A stretch of DNA of 64,000 bases, from assembly GCA_910578605.1 (NCBI GenBank), contig CAJTQG010000007.1, forward strand, positions 1,577 through 65,576, given 5' to 3'. The notes under the pieces are model-generated. The model was not told the DNA's origin. It searched no databases and worked only from the letters and a program-made list of their open reading frames with translations. Origin of the DNA: an uncultured Lachnospiraceae bacterium (GTDB lineage Bacteria > Bacillota > Clostridia > Lachnospirales > Lachnospiraceae). The position numbers and the translations under genes are program-made. Shown one piece after another: positions 31,452 to 41,114 of this stretch (position 1 is the stretch's first letter; the number at the start of each line of letters is the position of its first letter).

Positions 31452-32549
31452 CTATGCTCCCACTAGTTTACCTAATTGTTCTATCAAGCCTCCATTGCCA
31501 TTCACGGAAATTTCGCCAACCCTGTGGCATATCTTTTCCAAATACTCCAATTCTTTTAGCTTATAAAGAGTTTTATTTTCATCCATCAGCTTAGCCGTAT
31601 TCAACAATGACCTGGTGGAAGCTACCTCCTCCCTCCTGGCAATCACATTTGCCTGGGCCGTCTTTTCAGCCACAAGCACCGAATTCATTATGTTCTGAAT
31701 TTCCCCCGGCAATATAATATCCTTAATACCTGCGGAAATAAATTGTACACAGAACAACTCTTCCTTCTCCTTTAGCTTTGCATAAATCTCCTTTGATATA
31801 TTGTCCTTCAATTCCAAAATCTCATCCAGCTTGTAGTTTCCGGTCATTTCCCGAATCGCCAACTGTACACAGGAATACAACTGTCCCTTCAAATCAGAAA
31901 TCTTTTCAATAAATTCCACGGCATCCCTAATTTTATACATACAAGTCACATTCATACGAATACCGATTTTATCCTTTGTGAGAATTTCCTGACCTACAAT
32001 ATCCATCGTCTTCTGCTTCATATCAAAAATCTTAACAGAAACCTCCCGTGAATAATTCCAGAAAGAATAAATACCTTTTGTAAGCTGCCTCTGCAAAATA
32101 TTATTATAATAGAGCAAGCCTACCTCGCCCTCTCCGATTGCCGCCGTCTTATAATACTTTATAGGCACAATGGAGAGCATCTGCTTTGTCACCTGGCCGC
32201 CAATCTCCGGCTGTTCCATAGAAACCAGCTTAACGGAATACTTGTCAAATACATTCCAGAACACATACTCCTTTTTTGCTGCCAGTGAATTGAGTTTACC
32301 GTTTACATACAAGAATCCCAAAAAGCCGTCCTCTATTTGTATATGTATTGTTGCCTGCCGAAATGCGTCATCCTTTTCCAACACCTGGTACGGCGCCTCT
32401 TCAAACTCTACCTCCCCCTTCATATCCTCCACATGGACATGGTACCCAAGCATTTTAGAAAAGTGATATACCCCCGCGCCAATCATCTTTACAAAAATTC
32501 CATTTTTAATTACAAATCCTGCCTGATTGTCTTTTATAATTATCTTCAT
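31452..32549 (-). CDS. SPFH/band-7 domain protein
   Basis: 365 aa with stomatin/flotillin-like SPFH core features; no TM helix is evident at the N-terminus. Confidence 0.5.
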   Translation of the reverse strand: MKIIIKDNQAGFVIKNGIFVKMIGAGVYHFSKMLGYHVHVEDMKGEVEFEEAPYQVLEKDDAFRQATIHIQIEDGFLGFLYVNGKLNSLAAKKEYVFWNVFDKYSVKLVSMEQPEIGGQVTKQMLSIVPIKYYKTAAIGEGEVGLLYYNNILQRQLTKGIYSFWNYSREVSVKIFDMKQKTMDIVGQEILTKDKIGIRMNVTCMYKIRDAVEFIEKISDLKGQLYSCVQLAIREMTGNYKLDEILELKDNISKEIYAKLKEKEELFCVQFISAGIKDIILPGEIQNIMNSVLVAEKTAQANVIARREEVASTRSLLNTAKLMDENKTLYKLKELEYLEKICHRVGEISVNGNGGLIEQLGKLVGA

Positions 32550-32912
32550 AATTTACCTCATTTCTGTGCTATCCTATTTCTGTGCTATCCTATTGATATA
32601 TTTTTCCCTTTCTTTTAACTGCCGCAAAGCTGCCTCCACATTTCCATATTGCGGAAGAATCATTGAGCAGGCAATAAAGTGGGAGGACGCCGGAACATTG
32701 ACTGCCAGTTTCTTGAGATAACTTGCCGTTTATTCCTTTGCTGTCCCTCTTCATTTATGCAAACCTATCCAAACAATCTATTGTCCAAACAGATTTTCAT
32801 AAATACCTGCGGTATCCTGACTCTCCAGGCAACATAGTAAATTTGCCTTCTCCTCTCGGTGCGGGTAGAGGAGCTCTGCCGCATTTTCATGGTGAAATGT
32901 CTTTACAAACAT

Positions 32913-33075
32913 TTTAGAGATGGATTCGAACCATCGGGCTTAAAAGGCCTGCCATTTTCGTTGTGTGCTCTACCCGTTGAGCTACTGCTTTCGCAGGGTG
33001 GATTCGAACCACCAACACCACAATACCTTATCCCATATAAGGTGAAATATTTATGGTATACCAAACAGTACACTG
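32913..33075 (-). pseudogene. two tRNA-like fragments (T-arm/acceptor-like and D-arm-like segments; no canonical cloverleaf)
   Basis: Minus strand carries GGTGGTTCGAATCCACC and GATGGTTCGAATCCATC (canonical G53-TΨC T-arms) plus a GTAGCTCAACGGGTAGAGCAC D-arm. Acceptor and anticodon stems do not pair in any register tried. Confidence 0.3.
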
Positions 33076-33191
33076 CCGGCACCGCCGGGCAGGAAATGCA
33101 ATCCATGCACTCCAATACCCAAGCATAAATAAATTATTTCCAAAGTAATATTCATCTTCCGGCCGGAGTAATAATAGCCGGAGTTATCATT

Positions 33192-34433
33192 TTATCCCTT
33201 TACAACGCCAACCGTTTTCAGCTTGCGTATGGGGGTAACCAAATCTTTTTGCTGCTCCATTACCATATCTATATCCTTGTAGGCAAATCTACATTCCTCT
33301 GCCACGTCATTTTTCTTATGCTTTCCTAGTACAATTCCCTGCTCCTTCAAATCCACCATCACCTGCTCTGTTGTAAACGCAGCCATGGCGCCGCTTCTTG
33401 AGTAATTTCTTCCTGCTCCGTGAGAGGATGTGCAGAAGGTTTCAGGATTCCCCTTACCCTTCACCACATAGCTGTAGGAGCCCATAGCGCCTGGAATCAC
33501 AGCCAACTCCCCTTCTCTTACTCTTGTGGCACCCTTGCGGTGCACCCACACATTTTCCCCATAGTGATTTTCTATGGCGGCGTAATTGTGATGGCAATTG
33601 ATTTCACTGTTAAATTCTACAGTAATGTCCGTAAACTTTTCAATTTGCGTTTTTACCACATCACACACTGCCTCCAGCATACTTGCTCTGTTCTCAAAAG
33701 CATAATCCATTGCCAACTGCATCCAATTCACATATTGCCTTCCCTGGGGCATATTGATTGGCAGGAATGCCAATCTGTAAGTTTCCGGCACACTGCTGTA
33801 CCAAATGTTATTTAACTCTCTTGCCATTTTATGAAAGTAATCACAGATTTCCTTACCTAGGTGGCGGCTTCCCGAATGAATCATAATACATAAATAACCA
33901 TCCTCATCCTCCTGCAATTCGATAAAATGATTGCCCCCGCCAAGAGTACCTACTTGATAATAGCCCTCGTCAATCAAATGAAGAAGCTCCTGATTTGTCT
34001 CATACTTATCCATTTCCTTCTTTGCCAGGTCTAGGACTTTAGACACCTGAGGCTGCTTATGCTTCATAGTGCCAACAGGAACCGCCCGCATAATGGCGCC
34101 TACAATGGACTGAATCATCGTTCCGTTTCCTGTCTGAATATCTTTGATTTCCTCTACCTTCACATTGGTTGCGGCAAAAACCATTCCGCATCCAATATCC
34201 ACTCCAACCGCATTGGGAATAATGACATCCTTAGCGGCGATTACACCGCCGATTGGCATTCCCTTTCCTGCGTGGGTATCCGGCATTAAACATACCCATT
34301 TATGTATAAAGGGAAGATTTGCTAAATGGTACGCCTGTTCTAGACAATTTTCTTCCAAATCACTTTTTTCCTTCAACCACACCTTCACCGGAAATTTTGT
34401 ATTTTCATCATATAAAACAAACATCACATCCAC
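33192..34433 (-). CDS. rtcB: RNA-splicing ligase RtcB
   Basis: PDTHAGKG, GGGNHF, HNYA and SSHGAGR metal-binding and active-site motifs; 413 aa. Confidence 0.85.
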   Translation of the reverse strand: MDVMFVLYDENTKFPVKVWLKEKSDLEENCLEQAYHLANLPFIHKWVCLMPDTHAGKGMPIGGVIAAKDVIIPNAVGVDIGCGMVFAATNVKVEEIKDIQTGNGTMIQSIVGAIMRAVPVGTMKHKQPQVSKVLDLAKKEMDKYETNQELLHLIDEGYYQVGTLGGGNHFIELQEDEDGYLCIMIHSGSRHLGKEICDYFHKMARELNNIWYSSVPETYRLAFLPINMPQGRQYVNWMQLAMDYAFENRASMLEAVCDVVKTQIEKFTDITVEFNSEINCHHNYAAIENHYGENVWVHRKGATRVREGELAVIPGAMGSYSYVVKGKGNPETFCTSSHGAGRNYSRSGAMAAFTTEQVMVDLKEQGIVLGKHKKNDVAEECRFAYKDIDMVMEQQKDLVTPIRKLKTVGVVKG

Positions 34434-34454
34434 TTCCTCTCTTTTTATTTATAT

Positions 34455-34560
34455 TTTAAATGTTTGCGAAACTCCTTCGAAAAAGTTCATAATTGTGCAA
34501 AATTTACAATTTTTGTTAGATGCAATTCGGTTTGTGTTTTAGAAGTTCTTAGTGTTCTTT
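34455..34560. repeat. ~110 bp repeat (copy A), shared with 50715-50830, containing palindrome AATTGTgcaaaatttACAATT
   Basis: aaaagttcataattgtgc[a/g]aaatttacaattt…ttagatgc…gttcttagt[g/a]ttcttt is conserved between the two loci. Both copies lie just 5' of minus-strand gene starts. Confidence 0.5.
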
Positions 34561-34701
34561 ACTTAACATAGCAATATTTGCACACGAGGGGCAAATAAGA
34601 TGACAATTGAGCCATGGAGGGCGAATTGGCATCGGTTGCGTGCTCTTCCAATCAATATGATAAGAACACTTAGTACTTCTTAGACACAATTAGATGCATC
34701 T
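34518..34701. mobile_element. MITE-like element / IS terminal inverted repeat remnant
   Basis: Imperfect ~42 bp inverted repeats (ttagatgca…taagaagt.cttagtgttctt) flank a ~100 bp core with no ORF. Confidence 0.35.
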
Positions 34702-35101
34702 AATGAAATTAGTAAATTTGTACAATACAAAACTAAAAATAATGAGTTTCGCAATTACCTATATTTATATTTTTAAGTTTGTTGATTTTGTTATATTTGT
34801 TTTTTATTTTTATTTGCTTTTTTGTTTTTGTTACATTAACGTTATCCGCTTTATGAATTTTATGAATTAATTCTAATTGATGTGTTTTCTTATGTATGCA
34901 TTATATGGCATCATCTGGAAAATATCATTTCAAAAAAGTTGCGAACTCTTATCTTTGCAAATTTATTTTAATTTAGGATACAATGTTAAAACTTCAAAGT
35001 TTTGAAAGATATGAGTGCTACAATATACTAGAACATTTCTTTTATTTATGATACTCTATATAATGATTTTTAATCTCTTTAAAATAGAAAGGAACACTGC
35101 C

Positions 35102-36376
35102 ATGTCCGAATTTAAAGAATTGGTCAAAAGTTTTGCTAAATCAAGAGAATATGTTCGTGATTTTTTTGTATATGGTTTTAAAACAAGAGAAGATTTTAAC
35201 AGGAAAAGCACACGAACCTATGACAACGAGCGACGCCGAATTGAATGCTGGCTTCAAGGCTTTGTAAAACAAGACTACACTAAAAAAGGAAAAAATATTT
35301 CCCTGGCCATAGACAGCAACCTGCTTGACACAAACCCTCTGTTTCGTGTCTGGAAAACGAAAAGCTTTACTGATAATGATTTGATATTGCACTTTACCCT
35401 TCTTGATTATCTAGCCCAAAACCCCTGCTGCAGTGCGGAAATGCTGACAGATGCACTGAACCTAAAATATAACCTTCTCTTTGATGTGCAGACTGTGCGC
35501 CGCAAATGCAACGCATATGTAAAGGAAGGTATTTTTATTAAGACAAAGCAAGGTAAAGAAATAAAGTATTCTGCCGCCAAAGATTTTACTCCTCTATTTC
35601 ACCGCTATCCCGCTTTCAGGCAGGCAATTACTTTTTATCAACTAGCCGAACCACTGGGTATTATAGGAAATACTATTATGGATAACTTCTCTATGGATAA
35701 CTTTTCCTTTCGGGTAAAGCACAGCTTTTTTGTTCACACCTTAGAGGATGAAGTTTTGTTGGAACTGCTGCATGCTATGCATTCTAAAGAAAGCATTTCC
35801 TTGGAGCTTTGCAGCACGAAGAACCAAAACAAAAGCACCCGCACTTGTATTCCCCTGCAGATATTTACAAGCACCCGCACAGGCAGACGTTTTTTGTGTG
35901 CATATCAGCCCAAATCCAAACGTTTTAACTGTATCCGCATAGATTCCATCAAAAACGTAACTCCCCTCCCCCCTGACTCACAGGAAAACAAAGATTTTTC
36001 ACGATTATGGGACGAACACCAAAGTAATCTCATAAAAAACCATCCTTATATATGGGGCGTTTCCTTTCAAAATACAGACAAAACTCACCTTCAACATGTA
36101 AAACTTACTCTTCGCATCAGGGAACCGGAGGAACATTATATAATGGAGCGATTAATAAGGGAGGGCAAAGATGGCATTATCACCTGCATTGCCCCCAATA
36201 CATACACCTACGAAAAAGATATTTTTGATGCCAATGAAATGCTGCCATGGCTTCGCACATTCATAGGCAGAATTGTGAATTTTACTTGCAGCTCCCCTGT
36301 GGTGGAGAGACGATTCTTTCAGGATTTACAAAAAATGTATGATATGTATGATATTAAAAATGCATTTAGGGACTAA
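35102..36376 (+). CDS. WYL-domain transcriptional regulator (wHTH plus WYL plus WCX-like C-terminus)
   Basis: A wHTH-like region (LLDYLAQNPCCSAEMLTDALNLKYNLLFDVQTVRRKCNAYVKEGI) precedes a WYL-like core (RTGRRFLCAYQPKSKRFNCIRIDSI). RBS AAAGGA lies before the ATG at 35102. Confidence 0.5.
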   Translation: MSEFKELVKSFAKSREYVRDFFVYGFKTREDFNRKSTRTYDNERRRIECWLQGFVKQDYTKKGKNISLAIDSNLLDTNPLFRVWKTKSFTDNDLILHFTLLDYLAQNPCCSAEMLTDALNLKYNLLFDVQTVRRKCNAYVKEGIFIKTKQGKEIKYSAAKDFTPLFHRYPAFRQAITFYQLAEPLGIIGNTIMDNFSMDNFSFRVKHSFFVHTLEDEVLLELLHAMHSKESISLELCSTKNQNKSTRTCIPLQIFTSTRTGRRFLCAYQPKSKRFNCIRIDSIKNVTPLPPDSQENKDFSRLWDEHQSNLIKNHPYIWGVSFQNTDKTHLQHVKLTLRIREPEEHYIMERLIREGKDGIITCIAPNTYTYEKDIFDANEMLPWLRTFIGRIVNFTCSSPVVERRFFQDLQKMYDMYDIKNAFRD

Positions 36377-36490
36377 TATTTTGTGAATATTCATTGTCAA
36401 ACATGAAACAATGTGTTAAAAAGGTAATTGTAACAAAGCTTAAGCAACAAGATGGGATATTATTATATCGCATGCTTATTTGTGATAGGA

Positions 36491-37477
36491 ATGGATATCA
36501 ATATGAATTTATTTAGCGAAACATACAATTGTTATTATCAGATTATGAAGGAAATTTTAAAGGATAAATCTTCTTTTACCCTGGATGAGCTGAGAACAAA
36601 AATCAGCTGCCATGGCTTCGAGGAAAGTCTGCTCTATATAATACCTAAGCTTTCCTCAGGGGAATGGAGCCTCCTTAAAAAAAACGGAGAACTTTACTGC
36701 ACTAAGTTGTCTGGCAGTTTTTATGTTCCTTTAACTACACTGCAAAAATCCTACCTGAAAACTATTTTACAAGACAAAAAAATGCAGCTTTTTCTTGATG
36801 AGCCAAGCATAACAAATCTTACAACAATGCTGAAAGATGTACCCACATTGTGGGACAACGACACCTTTTACTACTATGACCGCTACAGTGACGGAGATGA
36901 TTTTACGGCTCCTGCTTATAAAAAACATTTCCGCATGCTGCTTGCCGCTATTGAACAAAAGCGTTTTGTAGATATAGACTATACCTCCCCCTCACGGAAT
37001 CGGGTACACCATCACTACCTGCCATGCCGTTTAGAATACTCTATTAAAAACAATAAGTTTCGGCTTTTGGCAAAAACTCTCCCCCTGCACAAAGGTGGGT
37101 TGGAGACTTTAAACTTAGAGAGAATGACAAAGGTAGAGTTCTTAGACCAGTTTGCCGAAAACACCGTAGACTTAAATCAATTGATTCGTTCCTCCTATTA
37201 TAAGGAGCCTGTCTGTCTTCATATATATAATGAGAGAAATGCATTAGAGAGAACAATGCTTCACTTTGCAAATTATGAAAAAAATACTACTAAAATAGGG
37301 GATAATTTATATGAATGTCTGATTTATTATAATAAAATGATGGAAACCGAACTGTTGATAGAGGTGTTGTCCTTCGGACCGATGCTGAAGGTGCTTGGCA
37401 GCGAACATTTCCTAAAACAAATAAAAGGAAGACTTTACAGACAAAATCGCCTGGAATGCCTTCCTAATCACACATAA
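36491..37477 (+). CDS. WYL-domain protein (paralogous partner, WYL plus WCX-like)
   Basis: WYL-like core (YLPCRLEYSIKNNKFRLLAKTLP…LNLERMTKVEFL) plus a C-terminal WCX-like region. Confidence 0.45.
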   Translation: MDINMNLFSETYNCYYQIMKEILKDKSSFTLDELRTKISCHGFEESLLYIIPKLSSGEWSLLKKNGELYCTKLSGSFYVPLTTLQKSYLKTILQDKKMQLFLDEPSITNLTTMLKDVPTLWDNDTFYYYDRYSDGDDFTAPAYKKHFRMLLAAIEQKRFVDIDYTSPSRNRVHHHYLPCRLEYSIKNNKFRLLAKTLPLHKGGLETLNLERMTKVEFLDQFAENTVDLNQLIRSSYYKEPVCLHIYNERNALERTMLHFANYEKNTTKIGDNLYECLIYYNKMMETELLIEVLSFGPMLKVLGSEHFLKQIKGRLYRQNRLECLPNHT

Positions 37478-37515
37478 AATCTATACTCCATAAACAGAAG
37501 TCAAAAAATCCTATC

Positions 37516-38979
37516 TTATTCCTCTTCCTCTATGGCGCCATACCAAGGAAGGGATGTGTCAAAAAAATAATTTTGTATTGCCTGGGCATTAATCATATCC
37601 TCCTTGTGATAGCAAATATAAATTTGGCATTGCTGCAGTACAGAAGACATTGCATCCTCACTCATACTGCTCCATTGCACTGTTGTTGCGTTTTTTCCAA
37701 GAACAGAATCAAAAGCTGTCAAGAATTTATCATATACAACCGCCTTGCTGCCAAGCTTTAGCCTGCACTCTCCATCTACAAAATCTACCTGTATATTGTC
37801 AATAATTCCCTGATACATATATTTGTCTTTATATTTGCTGTTATCTGCTATAATGCGCACATACACATTTTCTGAAGCTACTTGAAGGTCTTTGGGAACT
37901 AAATGATTTTCTTTTGCTTCCTCTAGCTCTATCCAACCGATTGTACAAACAAGATCGTCAAGATCATCATAAAATTCACCTGCATTATTCTTGTCAAAAT
38001 TCACCTTATTCCCGTCTAACTTGCCTGCATGGATTGTTCTGTCGCTTGTAATCGCCATGCCATCCTTTATATCCTGTTCTAAATTTCCACATCCTGATTC
38101 TATATTCACCATTTCACTTGTGCCATCACCTGACTTCAGCATAATGGCCATAATAGAAAATACATATATCATCACCAAGGCAAATCCTATGATTCCCTTC
38201 ATATCTTCCCGCCAACTGTGAATCAGCATAACAATACAATAGGCAAGAAGTAAAAAGACTGCCGCCGAGCCCAATACACGCACTAGCGCCGCTGTATATC
38301 CCATATCCTTTTCCATGTAGAAACCCCACAGCTTCACCAATATTTTTAGCAGCATTCCTTTGTATAAAAGCACACCCCCTGTTACCATAATAACGGCAAG
38401 CCCTGCCAACGAATACTTTGGTCCCGCCTTTACTGCCAAACAATAGAGCAGTATAAAAAAATTGTAAACCAATATAAAATAAGCCAGGCACAGAGTACCT
38501 CTCATCAAAAATGTCTTCCAGTCAAACATCACATACTCCCAAATTGGACCTCCTGCCTTTGCAATTATTTTTGTCACACTCATACCTAATAAATGGGCTG
38601 CCATAAAACAGACAGCTCCGCTGCACAGCAAACTGTAATCAAATAAAATACGACTGATAACTCTGGTTCTCACAGTCCCGGGGTACATAGTCAAATTGGG
38701 TGCCGTCAAAATATTTGCCCCAAATATACACATGATAATCAATATAATAAACATGTAAGCTCCAAAACTGTTGCCGCTTCCTATCATCAAATACCAAGAC
38801 GAAGGCTTGTAAAATAAGCGGTCGATTATTGTCCCTATCAATCCTATAACCGCCACAACTGCCATTGCCATCAGCCAACTCCATCTCTGTATCCATTGAA
38901 ATTGATACAGTTTTTTCACATTTTCCCACTCCGCCTTGCCGCTGCTTACTTTTACTTCTTCCATTACTTCCACAGACAT
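37516..38979 (-). CDS. ABC-2 type transporter permease / polytopic membrane protein
   Basis: Multiple TM helices. It is translationally coupled to the upstream ATPase: its ATG at 38979 overlaps the ATPase stop, with AGGAGG upstream. Confidence 0.55.
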   Translation of the reverse strand: MSVEVMEEVKVSSGKAEWENVKKLYQFQWIQRWSWLMAMAVVAVIGLIGTIIDRLFYKPSSWYLMIGSGNSFGAYMFIILIIMCIFGANILTAPNLTMYPGTVRTRVISRILFDYSLLCSGAVCFMAAHLLGMSVTKIIAKAGGPIWEYVMFDWKTFLMRGTLCLAYFILVYNFFILLYCLAVKAGPKYSLAGLAVIMVTGGVLLYKGMLLKILVKLWGFYMEKDMGYTAALVRVLGSAAVFLLLAYCIVMLIHSWREDMKGIIGFALVMIYVFSIMAIMLKSGDGTSEMVNIESGCGNLEQDIKDGMAITSDRTIHAGKLDGNKVNFDKNNAGEFYDDLDDLVCTIGWIELEEAKENHLVPKDLQVASENVYVRIIADNSKYKDKYMYQGIIDNIQVDFVDGECRLKLGSKAVVYDKFLTAFDSVLGKNATTVQWSSMSEDAMSSVLQQCQIYICYHKEDMINAQAIQNYFFDTSLPWYGAIEEEE

Positions 38980-39875
38980 TCTAATGCATCCTCCTTTCCC
39001 TCTGATGTAAGATAAACACATACATCCTCCGGGGGCACCGGACTCACCTGCAGTCCCTCCTGGCGGGCCTGCATTGCCAACCGGCAATTGACTTTTCCTC
39101 TGCCAATGCAAAAGCTTCCCAGCTCCCCATCACTGCTGTAACAAATTTCTTCTCTATTTTTAAACCCCTGTACTTTATCCTTATCTCCGTCCACCCGAAA
39201 CAGCATTTCCCTCACAGAGTCCATCTCCTCATAAAAAATCAAATTCCCCTCATGTATCAGCACCATCTCTGACAGCACGCTCTCCAGCTCTGCCAGATTA
39301 TGGCTGGAAATTACAAAAGTCCTAGGATGCTCCATATAATCCCTCAGCAAAATCTCATATGCAATTTTTCTTTTTTCGATATCAATTCCAATAAATGGTT
39401 CATCTAACAAAGTCACTTTCGTCCGCGCAGCAATTGCACACATAAAATGCACTGCGCTCTCCATTCCCTGTGATAGAGAACCTATTGTTTTTTTCAAGGG
39501 GATTCCGAAAATCCCCAAGGATTTAACCGCAAACTCCAAATCAAAGCGGGGATACATAATGTTGTAACACTTCAGAACCTGCTTTACCCTCATGGATTTT
39601 CCAACCGGCAGGGCATGCATGGAATAAATCATTTCCTCTTTCAGCCGAATATCCCGGGAAGCATTGCCTCCCAATATTTTAATTTCTCCCTCTGTGGGCT
39701 CCAAAGCACCGTTACACAACTTAAAAAAAGTAGTTTTTCCGCTTCCGTTTGCCCCGATTAGTCCGATAATCTGATTTGCATGCAGTTTTAAATTTAAATG
39801 ATTCAACGCAGCTTTATCTTTCCTTCTATACTTTAACAGTAAATCCTCGGCGGCAATAATGTAATCTTCCATCAT
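38964..39875 (-). CDS. ABC transporter ATP-binding protein
   Basis: Walker A GANGSGKTT, an LSQGM signature, and Walker B LLDEP. RBS AAAGGAG lies before the ATGATG at 39875; the ORF-track start is a TTG extension. Confidence 0.8.
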   Translation of the reverse strand: MMEDYIIAAEDLLLKYRRKDKAALNHLNLKLHANQIIGLIGANGSGKTTFFKLCNGALEPTEGEIKILGGNASRDIRLKEEMIYSMHALPVGKSMRVKQVLKCYNIMYPRFDLEFAVKSLGIFGIPLKKTIGSLSQGMESAVHFMCAIAARTKVTLLDEPFIGIDIEKRKIAYEILLRDYMEHPRTFVISSHNLAELESVLSEMVLIHEGNLIFYEEMDSVREMLFRVDGDKDKVQGFKNREEICYSSDGELGSFCIGRGKVNCRLAMQARQEGLQVSPVPPEDVCVYLTSEGKEDALECLWK

Positions 39876-39930
39876 GAAAACTTCTCCTTTCTGCAATTCT
39901 CATTTTATTGCTTTTTATAGCCTTTTTTCC

Positions 39931-40308
39931 CTACATATCTAACTTTTTACAGCAATCACGCATTTTAACGATAAGCTCCTCCTGCCCAATTCCTAATTTT
40001 CTTGCCTCCAAGACAACAGCATTTATCATCTCCCCCAATGTCTCCTCCACCTTTCTCACCTTAATCATCTCCACCGCTCCTTCCTTCACTGTCATGGCCT
40101 GCCCCCTCACCTTATCTAAAATTCCTCTTTCTACCAACAATCGAATTCCTTTTGCCGCTGTAGCCGGATTGATATTCAGCTCCCTGGCGATTACAATCTG
40201 AGAATAACATTTGTCTCCCTCCAAAAGCTTGCCTGCCAAAATATCATCCTCTATGGCATCCGCAATCTGGATATATATGGGGACAAGCTGATTGAAGTCC
40301 ACTTTCAT
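39931..40308 (-). CDS. GntR family (YtrA-like) transcriptional regulator
   Basis: 125 aa with a wHTH (YSQIVIARELNINPATAAKGIRLLVERGIL). It is the first gene of the GntR-ABC operon. Confidence 0.8.
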   Translation of the reverse strand: MKVDFNQLVPIYIQIADAIEDDILAGKLLEGDKCYSQIVIARELNINPATAAKGIRLLVERGILDKVRGQAMTVKEGAVEMIKVRKVEETLGEMINAVVLEARKLGIGQEELIVKMRDCCKKLDM

Positions 40309-40444
40309 TCTTAGCCTCCTCGTCTGCCAAATATTTGTTGTGACTGTTTACACACTTTTTCTTACACATTTTTCCTTATATCCTAATATTTAATATTAAG
40401 TTTTCTCTTGTTCTCTTATTCCCTTATACACTTATATGCTTATC

Positions 40445-40480
40445 AACCATACCACATTACTCATGTAATGTGGTATGGTT
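40445..40480. promoter_or_regulatory. perfect 16 bp inverted repeat (candidate operator)
   Basis: AACCATACCACATTACtcatGTAATGTGGTATGGTT, about 140 bp upstream of the gntR start. Confidence 0.35.
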
Positions 40481-40728
40481 ATTGTAATCCAATTTCTTTT
40501 TTCTGTCAAGCATAGATTTCCATTTACTAATATACTGTTCCATGCACCTTTCCATCTCTTTTCATAAGCAGCCACATAACATGGTTTGCTACACGGAAAC
40601 AACCTTGTAAGTTTTGTGTAGTCTGGCAGGTTATGCCTGTAATAATTTTTTCAAGATTTTGCGTTGATTTAAAAAATACATTACACTATAATGGGCAAGT
40701 TACAAGGGAAAGTTTTTCTTATTCAGTT

Positions 40729-40875
40729 TTAATTCATTCCCACAACCTTATCCAAGAGTTTTGCAGATTCCCGCTTAGCATCTCTTGTAGCGTGTGCATA
40801 GACATTCATGGCAGTGCTTACGTCCGAATGCCCTAAAAGTTCCTGCACGTCTTTTGGCTGCGCCCCGTTTGATAA
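40729..40875 (-). pseudogene. tyrosine integrase C-terminal fragment (Tn916/ICE-type)
   Basis: Minus-strand frame reads …KDVQELLGHSDVSTAMNVYAHATRDAKRESAKLLDKVVGMN*. This covers the catalytic Tyr region only; there is no upstream integrase sequence. Confidence 0.6.
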
Positions 40876-41114
40876 CAGGTTTGTTGTGTAGGTGTGTGTA
40901 GTGGTTGCTTATAGGGAACAAGAGGTTGAAAAATCCGCCAAAGAGAACGATAGATTGCCAGCAACAAATGACGGTTAAGAGCAAGGACCGAAGTGCAAGA
41001 TAATATTTCAATCCTTGCTCTTACATAACAGTTTTTAAATGATGAATATTGAAAAATATGTTATGATAGGTTTGTAGCAGATAGCTTATAGTTTTTGGAG
41101 GAATATATAAAAAT

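Noticed and set aside
32881-33130. tmRNA (ssrA) or an intact tRNA gene
   Set aside because: The region is only ~200 nt, lacks the tmRNA 5'/3' pairing and tag-ORF, and no acceptor/anticodon stems pair in any register tried.
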